Assembly: GCA_951812855.1 (NCBI GenBank)
Contig: OX638337.1
Span: forward strand, 750,001-782,000
Direction of reading: 5' to 3'
Length of the DNA: 32,000 bases
Source: an uncultured Lentisphaeria bacterium
GTDB taxonomy: Bacteria > Verrucomicrobiota > Lentisphaeria > JABSQK01 > JAJFLO01
A program made the position numbers and the translations under genes. Below are positions 17,717-26,261 of the stretch, piece by piece. The first letter of the stretch is position 1. The number at the start of each line of letters is the position of its first letter. A model generated the notes under the pieces. That model was given only the letters and a program-made list of their open reading frames with translations, had not been told where the DNA came from and made no database searches.

Positions 17717-19203
17717 AACGTATTAAAACACTTAGAGATTACCTTAGTTCCTGCAATGGTCTTGAAGATGATCTTGAAGGCAATCCTGATATCCCGATTA
17801 CACACCTGACAAATGACTCAAGAAATGTAGAACCGGGGTCCCTATATGTTGCAATCCGGGGATCTACCCTGAATGGACAGGAATTTATAGGTCAGGCAAT
17901 ATCTCGCGGTGCGTCAGCAATAGCCTATGCTTCTGATAAAAAACTATCTTTGCAGATACCCTCCTTTCGTGTAAAAAATGATTATTCAGCTTTTGCCAGA
18001 ATGGCTGAATTCCACCTTGATTATCCAAGCAAAAATCTAAAACTCATTGGCGTTACCGGTACGAATGGGAAAACAACCACGACAACACTGATAAGACATT
18101 TATTAAATGATACACACTATAATGTTGGTTTGATAGGTACGATTAGCTATCAATACAACGATATATCAATTAAGGCATCCCGCACAACTCCGCCGGCACT
18201 GGAGTTGCAAAAATTGATCAGAACCATGAAAGATGCTGGTATAAATCTGATTATTATGGAAGTATCCAGCCATGCACTGAATCAATACCGCCTCGGTTCA
18301 ATGAAATTTGACATGGCAGTATTTACTAATTTATCAGAGGAACATTTAGACTGTCACAAAACAATGGACGGCTATTTCAGTGTTAAAAAGAAACTATTCA
18401 TTGATCACATTAAAAAAAATGGAAAGACAGTGATTAATATTGATGATAGTTATGGTAAGAAGTTATGTGGTCAACTAATTGGTACTGAGCAAATAACATA
18501 CGGATATTCCACGGCGTCACAAAATAGAATCATATCGATTAAATCGACACTGAAAGACAGTATAATAAAAATAATAACACCAAACGGGAATATATTCTCA
18601 ACGTGTTCACTGATTGGAAAATATAACAGTTATAATATCGCTGCTGCTGTATTGGTTGCATTGAATTTAAAACTGTCAACAGATCATGTCATCGATAGAT
18701 TGAGTCAATTTTATGAAGTTTCAGGACGATTACAAAGATTAACAACAAGCGATAAAATCAATATTTTTATTGACTACGCTCATACAGAAGATGCATTAGA
18801 AAATGTATTGCAAACACTTAAACGACTTTGCAGAAATAATAAATTAATCGTAGTTTTTGGATGCGGTGGTAACAGGGATAAAACTAAACGTGCAAAAATG
18901 GGTAAGGTTGTTTCAGAATATGCCGATAAAATCTATATTACCAATGATAATCCCCGCAACGAAGATCCCCACCAAATTATTAGCCAAATAGTTGGAGGGT
19001 TACCATCAAAAACTAACTGTGAAATCATTGCAGATCGTAAAAATGCCATTGAAAGTGCCATCAAAAATGCAACCCTGAATGATACAATAATCATTGCCGG
19101 TAAGGGTCACGAAGAGTATCAGGAGTTTGGCAATAAAAAAATCCATTTTAGCGATACTGAAGTTGCCCTAAATGCAGTGAAAAGTTTTGGATTATCAGGT
19201 TAG
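17701..19203 (+). CDS. murE: UDP-N-acetylmuramoyl-L-alanyl-D-glutamate--2,6-diaminopimelate ligase; start codon unresolved
   Basis: The track ORF starts at TTG 17950. The same frame is open back to 17698 and encodes genuine MurE N-terminal sequence (ITHLTNDSRNVEPGSLYVAIRGSTLNGQEFI). Also present are GVTGTNGKTTT and DNPR. No ATG/GTG/TTG lies in frame upstream; the candidate start is ATT at 17701. Confidence 0.85.
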   Translation: MSNKVERIKTLRDYLSSCNGLEDDLEGNPDIPITHLTNDSRNVEPGSLYVAIRGSTLNGQEFIGQAISRGASAIAYASDKKLSLQIPSFRVKNDYSAFARMAEFHLDYPSKNLKLIGVTGTNGKTTTTTLIRHLLNDTHYNVGLIGTISYQYNDISIKASRTTPPALELQKLIRTMKDAGINLIIMEVSSHALNQYRLGSMKFDMAVFTNLSEEHLDCHKTMDGYFSVKKKLFIDHIKKNGKTVINIDDSYGKKLCGQLIGTEQITYGYSTASQNRIISIKSTLKDSIIKIITPNGNIFSTCSLIGKYNSYNIAAAVLVALNLKLSTDHVIDRLSQFYEVSGRLQRLTTSDKINIFIDYAHTEDALENVLQTLKRLCRNNKLIVVFGCGGNRDKTKRAKMGKVVSEYADKIYITNDNPRNEDPHQIISQIVGGLPSKTNCEIIADRKNAIESAIKNATLNDTIIIAGKGHEEYQEFGNKKIHFSDTEVALNAVKSFGLSG

Positions 19204-19207
19204 ATAA

Positions 19208-19771
19208 TTATTCCGATTTAACAATTCCAATAACACCACATCCGATGCGTGCCCCTGCAGCACCGGCAGGCTGACTCTCCAGATCATCTGTCCCTGCATG
19301 AATAATTATACCCCGACCAAGCACTGGATTTTTCTTGCCGGCAATTGTGATATTGTCTACCATTTTTTCATAACTGGCATTGCCATTCTCATCTGCTGCA
19401 AGATTTCCTAAATCTCCAGCATGTCTTACATCGTCATCCGGTCCGGCATGACTGTGACCTCCCGGATTATAATGCCCGCCTGCACTTTTCCCATCGCCCG
19501 AACGACAGTCGCCAAATTGATGAATATGAAAACCATGCTTGCCATTGGGCGTTAATCCAGATATAGCCGCAGTAACTTTAACCTTATTTCCCGCTCTCTG
19601 GAAACGGACTGTTCCACTAACATTATTTCCCGCGGTAGAATTAATTTCCGCTACTGCACTTTTTACTCCAAAAAATCCTCGTTTATCTGATTTCTTGTTC
19701 CCTTCTGCCTGTACTATCATTGTAATCGTTAATAATGACACTATAAAAAAAGAAAACTTCATGTGACGCAT
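19208..19771 (-). CDS. sodC: periplasmic Cu,Zn superoxide dismutase
   Basis: Signal peptide followed by GFHIHQFGDC, GGHYNP, HAGDLGN and RIGCGVIG. The second ATG (MKFSFF, 19762) may be the true start. Confidence 0.93.
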   Translation of the reverse strand: MRHMKFSFFIVSLLTITMIVQAEGNKKSDKRGFFGVKSAVAEINSTAGNNVSGTVRFQRAGNKVKVTAAISGLTPNGKHGFHIHQFGDCRSGDGKSAGGHYNPGGHSHAGPDDDVRHAGDLGNLAADENGNASYEKMVDNITIAGKKNPVLGRGIIIHAGTDDLESQPAGAAGARIGCGVIGIVKSE

Positions 19772-19945
19772 TTTTTACCTCCCTATGATTGGTTGTAATA
19801 AAACGAAGCAGCTGCCATGTCTTTATTTCTATTCAAATACCTATAATGATTACCTAAGATTTTTAAAAGTCAAATATGAATATAAACCTAAAAGTGTATA
19901 ATCATAATTCCAATAATTATATTGAAAAATTAATAATCTGCCTGT

Positions 19946-20821
19946 TTGAAAATAATGTGTGACACCAAATCATTTGAGAAACTCTATCCATTTAAGTCGC
20001 ATTACTTAGATATCAATGGATTAAACTATCATTATTTGGATGAAGGAAACGGTCCTGTTATCGTCATGCTTCACGGAAATCCAACCTGGTCATTTTACTA
20101 TCGGAATTTAGTCGTAGCCCTTCGCAAAAATTATCGCGTAATCGTGCCGGATCATATCGGTTGCGGCTTTTCAGACAAACCACAGGATTACCCCTATCAA
20201 CTTAATAATCATGTTGATAATCTAAAAACGTTGTTAACGCATCTGAATATAGAAAAACTAACTATGTTTGTACACGATTGGGGTGGCCCAATTGGACTGG
20301 GTTATGCTGTGGACAATCCTGAAAAGATTGAAAAGATGGTTGTTTTCAATTCATCACCATCTTTAACAAAAAAATTTCCATTTTTAATTCTCCTGTGCCG
20401 AATTCCTTTATTAGGAAATTTAATGGTTCGAGGTATGAACTATTTTGCTGTCGCAGCAACGTATCTGGCATGCAAAAAAAGAGAAAAAATGACACCGGAA
20501 GTCAAAGCAGGATACCTTAAACCCTATGATAGTTATGAGAATCGTATCGCAACCCTGCGTTTTGTCGAGGATATCCCGTTCACGAAAAAACATCCGACCT
20601 GGAGTACAGCTGAATCTATCCAGTCTAAACTATCTGTGATCGAGAATAAACCCATGCTCATCTGTTGGGGCATGCAAGATTTTTGTTTTACAGAGCATTT
20701 TCTCCATCTTTTTCAAGAACGATTCTCAAACGCGACCGTTCATAAATTTGATGATGCCGGACATTACATCGTTGAAGATGCTATCGACCAAATATTGCCG
20801 TTGGTAAAAGATTTTTTGTAA
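19946..20821 (+). CDS. alpha/beta-fold hydrolase, haloalkane-dehalogenase-like subfamily
   Basis: VMLHGNPTWSFYYRNL, the nucleophile elbow HDWGGPIGLGYA and a C-terminal DDAGHYIVED. The ATG at 19955 is a likelier start than the TTG at 19946. Confidence 0.85.
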   Translation: MKIMCDTKSFEKLYPFKSHYLDINGLNYHYLDEGNGPVIVMLHGNPTWSFYYRNLVVALRKNYRVIVPDHIGCGFSDKPQDYPYQLNNHVDNLKTLLTHLNIEKLTMFVHDWGGPIGLGYAVDNPEKIEKMVVFNSSPSLTKKFPFLILLCRIPLLGNLMVRGMNYFAVAATYLACKKREKMTPEVKAGYLKPYDSYENRIATLRFVEDIPFTKKHPTWSTAESIQSKLSVIENKPMLICWGMQDFCFTEHFLHLFQERFSNATVHKFDDAGHYIVEDAIDQILPLVKDFL

Positions 20822-21202
20822 ATAACTAACTGAATTCAATACTGCAAGTTATGTGTGAAATCCAGATCCCGGACGAACTCCAATTCGGGAGGAAGCGTAT
20901 GAAACACAGGAAGCCTGCTGCTCTGAACCGCATGAGCTGAAAAGGATTTTGTTGTCAATGTAACAGGTCTCTTTTTGAGCAGTCAATTCAACCATAGATA
21001 AGTTTCTGTCTGATTATTAACTTACCTGTAAATTATTGATTATTGTTTCCGGGATACAGCAGAGATAAGCAGATAATTCATTCTTTTTTGTCATAGAAAA
21101 TGATTAAAATTTCAAATCCTCATTGCAAACATTAAAATTCATTTCTATGTTACTCGTCCTTTAAAATATAATGTATAACAATCAAATGGAATAAATCGAC
21201 AG

Positions 21203-21631
21203 ATGAGTTCGTATTTAGCAAAACCAGATCAAGTAGAAAGAGAATGGGTATTAATTGATGCCGATGGGCAAGTCCTTGGGCGTTTGGCAGTAAAAATTGC
21301 TAATATTCTTCGGGGTAGAAATAAACCTCAATACACTCCTCACGTTGATACCGGTGATTTTGTCGTAGTCATTAATGCAGAAAGGGTAAAGTTGACCGGG
21401 AAAAAAGAGCAAAATAAGATTTATCAGGATTATTCCGGATATATGAGTGGATTGAAAGAAAAGACTGCAAGTGAAATTCGGAAAAAACATCCGACTCGAT
21501 TAATTGTAGATGCAGTTAAGGGTATGATGCCGAAGAATCGACTCAATCGTCAACAGATTGGGAAATTGAAAGTATATGCAGGCAGTGTCCATCCTCACGA
21601 AGCACAACAACCTCAACTTCTGACGCAATAG
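21203..21631 (+). CDS. rplM: 50S ribosomal protein L13
   Basis: REWVLIDADGQVLGRLAVKIANILRGRNKPQYTPHVDTGDFVVVINAE. Confidence 0.96.
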   Translation: MSSYLAKPDQVEREWVLIDADGQVLGRLAVKIANILRGRNKPQYTPHVDTGDFVVVINAERVKLTGKKEQNKIYQDYSGYMSGLKEKTASEIRKKHPTRLIVDAVKGMMPKNRLNRQQIGKLKVYAGSVHPHEAQQPQLLTQ

Positions 21632-21656
21632 ACAACATTAATATAAGGTTTAAACT

Positions 21657-22052
21657 ATGACAGACAGTGATTACATTTGGGCCACAGGTCGCCGTAAAGA
21701 ATCAACGGCTCAGGTACGTATGATCTCAGGTTCGGGAAAAATCACAGTTAATTCAAAAGAATTTGAGGTTTACTTTCCGATTGGGCCGATGCGGGGTTAT
21801 GTAACTCAACCGCTTCAGGTAACGAATACACTTGATAAATATGATATAAAAGTGAACGTTAAAGGTGGCGGAAAAATGGGACAGACAGGTGCATTACGTC
21901 ACGGGATTGCTCGTGCACTTGTTAAATGTGATTCTGGCAGTCGAAGCGTGCTGAAGGAAAGTGGTATGCTTACTCGCGACTCCAGGGTTAAAGAGCGGAA
22001 AAAGCCGGGTCAACCAGGAGCAAGGAAACGATTCCAGTTCTCGAAACGATAA
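21657..22052 (+). CDS. rpsI: 30S ribosomal protein S9
   Basis: ATGRRKESTAQVRM...GGGKMGQTGALRHGIARAL...LTRDSRVKERKKPGQPGARKRFQFSKR. Confidence 0.96.
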   Translation: MTDSDYIWATGRRKESTAQVRMISGSGKITVNSKEFEVYFPIGPMRGYVTQPLQVTNTLDKYDIKVNVKGGGKMGQTGALRHGIARALVKCDSGSRSVLKESGMLTRDSRVKERKKPGQPGARKRFQFSKR

Positions 22053-22083
22053 ATTTACTACTGGAAATTTTCGAATTGCAAAA

Positions 22084-22120
22084 ACCCGAATCGCTTTTAA
22101 GGATTCGGGTTTTTTTCTTT
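22084..22120 (+). terminator. rho-independent terminator after rpsI
   Basis: A perfect 9-bp stem (ACCCGAATC 22084-92 / GATTCGGGT 22102-10) with a 9-nt loop, followed by TTTTTTCTTTTT. An A-run on the 5' side could let it work in both directions. Confidence 0.85.
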
Positions 22121-22242
22121 TTCGTGGCATTATCTCATTGGCAATTTGGTTTTAAAAGCAGTAATGCAAAATTTCTCTGAATACCAACTCCATTTCTACT
22201 AACATTGATTCAATATTAACAGATTGATTATTAATAAATAAA

Positions 22243-23280
22243 ATGAATAAGAATAAAATAAAAACTGCTATTGTAGGTGCATCAGGATATACAGGGGAAA
22301 TCATGATTGGCCTGGCCCTTAAACATCCGTTAATTGATATCACCTGTATTACATCAAGAGAATATGCAGGAACGCCAATTGGGGAAGTTTATCCTCGCTT
22401 TACAGATAGTAATTTGACATTCACCTATCCCGACGTAAATGAAATCCAGAAAGATGCAGAGGCTGCATTTATCTGTCTGCCTCATGGGTTATCTGCTGAA
22501 TATGCCGAGCCTCTATTTAAAAGAGGTTTAAAGATATTTGATCTTGGTGCAGATTTTAGATTAAAATCAGTAAAAAAATATAGCGATTATTACTTATTCA
22601 ACCATCCTGCACCTGCTATGATCTCTGAATCTGTTTACGGGCTTCCCGAAAAGAACAGGATACAAATTAAAACGGCATCGCTGGTTGCCTGCCCGGGGTG
22701 TTATTCTACAAGTGTCATTATTCCATTACTGCCATTGCTACATAATAAATTGATATCTACAAACAATATTATTGTATGTAGTATGAGTGGTGTAAGTGGT
22801 GCCGGAAAAAAAACGGATACCTCACTCCTGTTTGCCGAATGCAATGAAAGTATTCGTTCCTATACCATTTGTGGGCATCGGCATACACCGGAAATAGAGC
22901 AGGAACTAAGTGAATTTTCCCAGGTTGAAAATGTAACCATTGAATTTACTCCAAATTTAATCCCGGTTAACAGGGGGATAAATTCAGTCATATATCTAGA
23001 CTTGATAAATGATGATGCAACAATTGAAAAGATTGAATCAGTGTTGGAAGAATATTATGCAGACGAACCGTTTGTTCGTGTTTTGTCAGGCGGTAAGCCG
23101 GCAGATACAAAAAATGTGACAAATACAAATACCATTGAAATCGGGGTTGATTATAATCCGCGTACAAACCGAATTATTTTGACCTCAGCAATTGATAATT
23201 TAATGAAGGGTGCTGCCGGTCAGGCAATTCAATGTTTTAATCTTGTTTTTAATTTAAATGAAATATTGGGTCTAAAATAA
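22243..23280 (+). CDS. argC: N-acetyl-gamma-glutamyl-phosphate reductase
   Basis: 345 aa with IVGASGYTG, an active-site CPGCYST region and a C-terminal IDNLMKGAAGQA. Confidence 0.94.
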   Translation: MNKNKIKTAIVGASGYTGEIMIGLALKHPLIDITCITSREYAGTPIGEVYPRFTDSNLTFTYPDVNEIQKDAEAAFICLPHGLSAEYAEPLFKRGLKIFDLGADFRLKSVKKYSDYYLFNHPAPAMISESVYGLPEKNRIQIKTASLVACPGCYSTSVIIPLLPLLHNKLISTNNIIVCSMSGVSGAGKKTDTSLLFAECNESIRSYTICGHRHTPEIEQELSEFSQVENVTIEFTPNLIPVNRGINSVIYLDLINDDATIEKIESVLEEYYADEPFVRVLSGGKPADTKNVTNTNTIEIGVDYNPRTNRIILTSAIDNLMKGAAGQAIQCFNLVFNLNEILGLK

Positions 23281-23400
23281 AATTTTAATAAAATAGAATT
23301 CAATGACATTAAGTCGAGGATTCTTCATGTGCATTATCCGGTTTTTAAGTTTGGAATTAGCTCGCGAATTTTAACTCAATGACATTGAAATAATACTTCT

Positions 23401-23436
23401 GTGAAAAGTAATCACTGATCAGTGATTACTTTTCAC
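23401..23436. repeat. perfect 36-bp palindrome GTGAAAAGTAATCACTGA|TCAGTGATTACTTTTCAC
   Basis: The reverse complement of 23401-23418 equals 23419-23436 exactly. The centre is TGATCA and the palindrome ends 22 nt before the argJ ATG. Confidence 0.95.
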
Positions 23437-23458
23437 CTGGAATGTTGAAGGATCAATT

Positions 23459-24685
23459 ATGAAAGAAATTAAACAGGGCAGTGTCACCACTCCCAAAGGA
23501 TTTAAGGCTGCCGGTATTGCTGCCGGTCTCAAGCACAGCGGAAAAAAAGACTTAGCAGTAATTTATACGGAATCGCCGGCACATTTTACCGGAGCATTTA
23601 CGGCAAACAAATTATGTGCACCGTCTATAAATTACTGTAAACGTATTGTCGAGAGCTCTGATACCATTCACGCTATTGTAATTAACAGCGGCAATGCAAA
23701 TGCCTGCACTGGCCGCCAGGGGGTGCAGGATACGGAATCAATGGCGATCAAGGTCGCGAAATATTTAAATATCAATCCGAACCAGGTTATGGTTTCATCA
23801 ACCGGTGTAATTGGAGTTCCTTTACCGATAGACCATATTACCAGGGGACTGGAACAAGCAGTAAACAGTTTATCATGTGATGGAGGACGCGATGCGGCAC
23901 AGGCGATTATGACTACCGATACTGTACCAAAATCTAACGCTGTTAGCATTGAGATCGGTGGATGTACGGTTACAATAGGGGGTATTGCTAAAGGCTCAGG
24001 TATGATTGCACCAAAAATGAACGTGGTTCAACCTCATGCAACAATGCTTGCTTATATAACAACAGATGCCGTAATTGAGTCGGGGTGCTTAAAACAATGT
24101 CTGGAGAAATCTCTTCCTGTCTCATTTAACAAAATCACAGTTGATGGTGACACGAGCACCAATGATACTGTGATCGCTATGGCGAATGGGCTTGCTGAAA
24201 ATACCGTCATTAAAATCGGATCTTCCGAAGCTGAAATATTTTTAAATGCCTTTAACCATGTCGCAGAAGATTTAGCAAAAAAGATTGTACGTGATGGTGA
24301 AGGAGCAACAAAATTTGTAAATGTAACCGTTAGGGGAGCAAAATCTGAATCTCAGGCACGACAATGTGCATTTGCAATTGCGAATTCGCTGTTATGCAAA
24401 ACCGCCTGGTTCGGCGAGGATCCTAACTGGGGCAGAATACTTGATGTCGTCGGCTATAGTGATATTGAAATTGATCCTGATAATATAAATGTATTTTACG
24501 ATGACCTTCCCATAGTCAAGAATAGCCGGGGAGCTGAAACACCGATAGTTGATCAAAGGAATGTCCTTAAACAGAAGGAATTCAATGTCACTGTAGATGT
24601 GGGTATTGGCTCTGAGGAATATTCTGTATGGACCTGCGATTTATCGTATGATTACGTAAAGATTAATGCTGAATATCATACATGA
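23459..24685 (+). CDS. argJ: bifunctional ornithine acetyltransferase / N-acetylglutamate synthase
   Basis: 408 aa with GFKAAGIAAGLK, the autoproteolysis site HATMLAYITTDA and a C-terminal YVKINAEYHT. Confidence 0.95.
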   Translation: MKEIKQGSVTTPKGFKAAGIAAGLKHSGKKDLAVIYTESPAHFTGAFTANKLCAPSINYCKRIVESSDTIHAIVINSGNANACTGRQGVQDTESMAIKVAKYLNINPNQVMVSSTGVIGVPLPIDHITRGLEQAVNSLSCDGGRDAAQAIMTTDTVPKSNAVSIEIGGCTVTIGGIAKGSGMIAPKMNVVQPHATMLAYITTDAVIESGCLKQCLEKSLPVSFNKITVDGDTSTNDTVIAMANGLAENTVIKIGSSEAEIFLNAFNHVAEDLAKKIVRDGEGATKFVNVTVRGAKSESQARQCAFAIANSLLCKTAWFGEDPNWGRILDVVGYSDIEIDPDNINVFYDDLPIVKNSRGAETPIVDQRNVLKQKEFNVTVDVGIGSEEYSVWTCDLSYDYVKINAEYHT

Positions 24686-24844
24686 AAAAATTTTAGCTCT
24701 TAGATTTTGGATTGCAGATTTTATTTGTATATATAGAGTAAACGGTTGCTGAACTGTGTTACAGTTAAGTTTATGTCATTATCATTTTGAAAAATTGAAT
24801 TTTTTTCGGATTTACAGTTTGGAATTGAGAATTTTTTATGATAT

Positions 24845-24918
24845 GGCGTGGTAGCCAAGTGGTTAGGCAGGGGTCTGCAAAACCTCGGACACCGGTTCGA
24901 ATCCGGTCCACGCCTCCA
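24845..24918 (+). tRNA. tRNA-Cys (anticodon GCA), CCA encoded
   Basis: Manual cloverleaf. Acceptor stem GGCGTGG/CCACGCC, D arm GCC-AAGTGGTTA-GGC, anticodon stem GGGGT/ACCTC with loop CTGCAAA, T arm ACCGG-TTCGAAT-CCGGT, discriminator T, then CCA. Confidence 0.9.
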
Positions 24919-25063
24919 AGTTAAAACAATTTTAATTAGAATTGGTGAAGTAGGTTTTAGTATTTTTTCGTTACGGTTCTAACATCTCAAAAACGTCTCT
25001 GGATATACCAATATTTTTAAATTTCATCTTAGATTTTAGTTGCCTGATCTATTATTAAAATAG

Positions 25064-25483
25064 AAGAATTCAGCTCTGAGCGTTGGGAAAATCAGTTTAA
25101 ATACGAGAGTTATTTTACCAGAATTAGTAAATCATTCCTGGACTTGGGAAGACGCAAAGATTAATATCCTATTAGAAGTTGCTTCTCGATCATTAGCTCA
25201 ACTCGATGCATTTTCTATAATTGTGCCAGATATCGATTTGTTTATTGGCATGCATACAATTAAGAAGCAAGACTTTCGGATAAAATAAAAGATACCTATA
25301 CAGAGGTAGAAGAAGCTCTACTTCCTGAAAAGGAAATAATGCCTGAGCGTCGAGATGATTGGAAAGAAGTAAATAATTATGTTGAAGCTGTGCATCGAGC
25401 AATTAGTGCTCTGCCGGAACTTCCGTTATCTAACCGTATTATTCAACAAGCCCGTTCAATTTTAATGAGAGGTGTTTTCGCTG
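25064..25483 (+). pseudogene. Fic-family protein N-terminal remnant (no start codon, one frameshift, catalytic Fic motif absent)
   Basis: ILPELVNHSWTWEDAKINILLEVASRSLAQLDAFSIIVPDIDLFIGMHTIK is in one frame. From ~25262, EARLSDKIKDTYTEVEEALL...DDWKEVNNYVEAVHRAISALPELPLSNRIIQQARSILMRG is in the next frame. This matches Fic_N-type architecture, but the remnant ends before HPFxxGNGR. Confidence 0.6.
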
Positions 25484-25502
25484 TGAATATCGTCGTAGTT
25501 AA

Positions 25503-25832
25503 AATTGGATTGTTGATACGATTCGCTACTATGAACGTGTGGGCCTTATCGTTCCTCTTGAGCGTACCAAGTCCGGCTACAGAAAATTTGCACTGGAGAA
25601 TATTAAGCGTTTACACTTCATCCGAAAGACACAGAGTCTAAATTTTACACTTGAGGAGATAAAAGCCCTTCTCAATCTAAGCGAGAAACCTGAAGCAGAT
25701 TGTTCAGATATCCGTGACTGTGCAGAGAGTAAACTCAATGATATTAGAATCCGTATCGCTGATTTAACAATAATAAGAGATTGTCTGAAAAAATTAGCTG
25801 ATTCTTGTCCGGGAAAGGCTAAATCATTATAG
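25503..25832 (+). pseudogene. MerR-family (CueR/ZntR-like) regulator lacking the first helix of its HTH
   Basis: An in-frame TAA at 25500-02 is followed by NWIVDTIRYYERVGLIVPLERTKSGYRKFALENIKRLHFIRKTQSLNFTLEEIKALL... and ends ...DSCPGKAKSL. The first canonical start (GTG 25539) lies after the IRYYE recognition helix. Confidence 0.6.
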
Positions 25833-25871
25833 TAATTATAATGTCTTAAAATATTTTTATGGAGATGAGTA

Positions 25872-26261
25872 ATGAAATTATTATCAGTATTAAGCATACC
25901 ATGTTTACTGGTGTCAGCATTTTTCAGCAATGCCGCGGGTTCCAAATTTACGGCGAAACCGAACGAGGCGGTATTCCAGGTGCATGGTGTTGTCTGTTCG
26001 TTCTGCTCTGCAGGACTCCGGAAGAAACTTTCAAAACTGCCGTTTGTGGATCATTCCAGGTATAAAAAAGGCATTCATGTCACCATCAAAAACCAACGCA
26101 TCACCATGGCCGTAAAGCCTGATGCAACTGTTGATTTAAAGGCTGTTTATAAATCAATTAAATCCGGAGGTTATGATCTTATAAAAGCGGTGGTTGCAGA
26201 CGGGAAGGGTGTATCAACGTATTACGATAAAAAAGGAAATCTATGTATCGACTGTTCCTGA
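25872..26261 (+). CDS. secreted heavy-metal-associated (HMA, MerP-like) domain protein
   Basis: SD GGAGA lies 6 nt upstream. The signal peptide is MKLLSVLSIPCLLVSAFFSNAAG. The HMA fold carries GVVCSFCS (a CxxC) and the protein ends in a second CxxC (LCIDCS). Confidence 0.75.
   Translation: MKLLSVLSIPCLLVSAFFSNAAGSKFTAKPNEAVFQVHGVVCSFCSAGLRKKLSKLPFVDHSRYKKGIHVTIKNQRITMAVKPDATVDLKAVYKSIKSGGYDLIKAVVADGKGVSTYYDKKGNLCIDCS

Noticed and set aside
20870-20935. Possible SRP (4.5S) RNA because of GGGAGGAAGCG / CAGGAAGCC strings
   Set aside because: I could not build the conserved helix 8 pairing or the closing stem. The resemblance is limited to a few purine-rich bases.
25859-26115. Alternative-frame ORFs 25859-26065 and 25930-26115 overlapping the HMA gene
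   Set aside because: The 25872 frame has the SD, a signal peptide and the HMA fold. The other two frames give motif-free Arg/Cys-rich translations.
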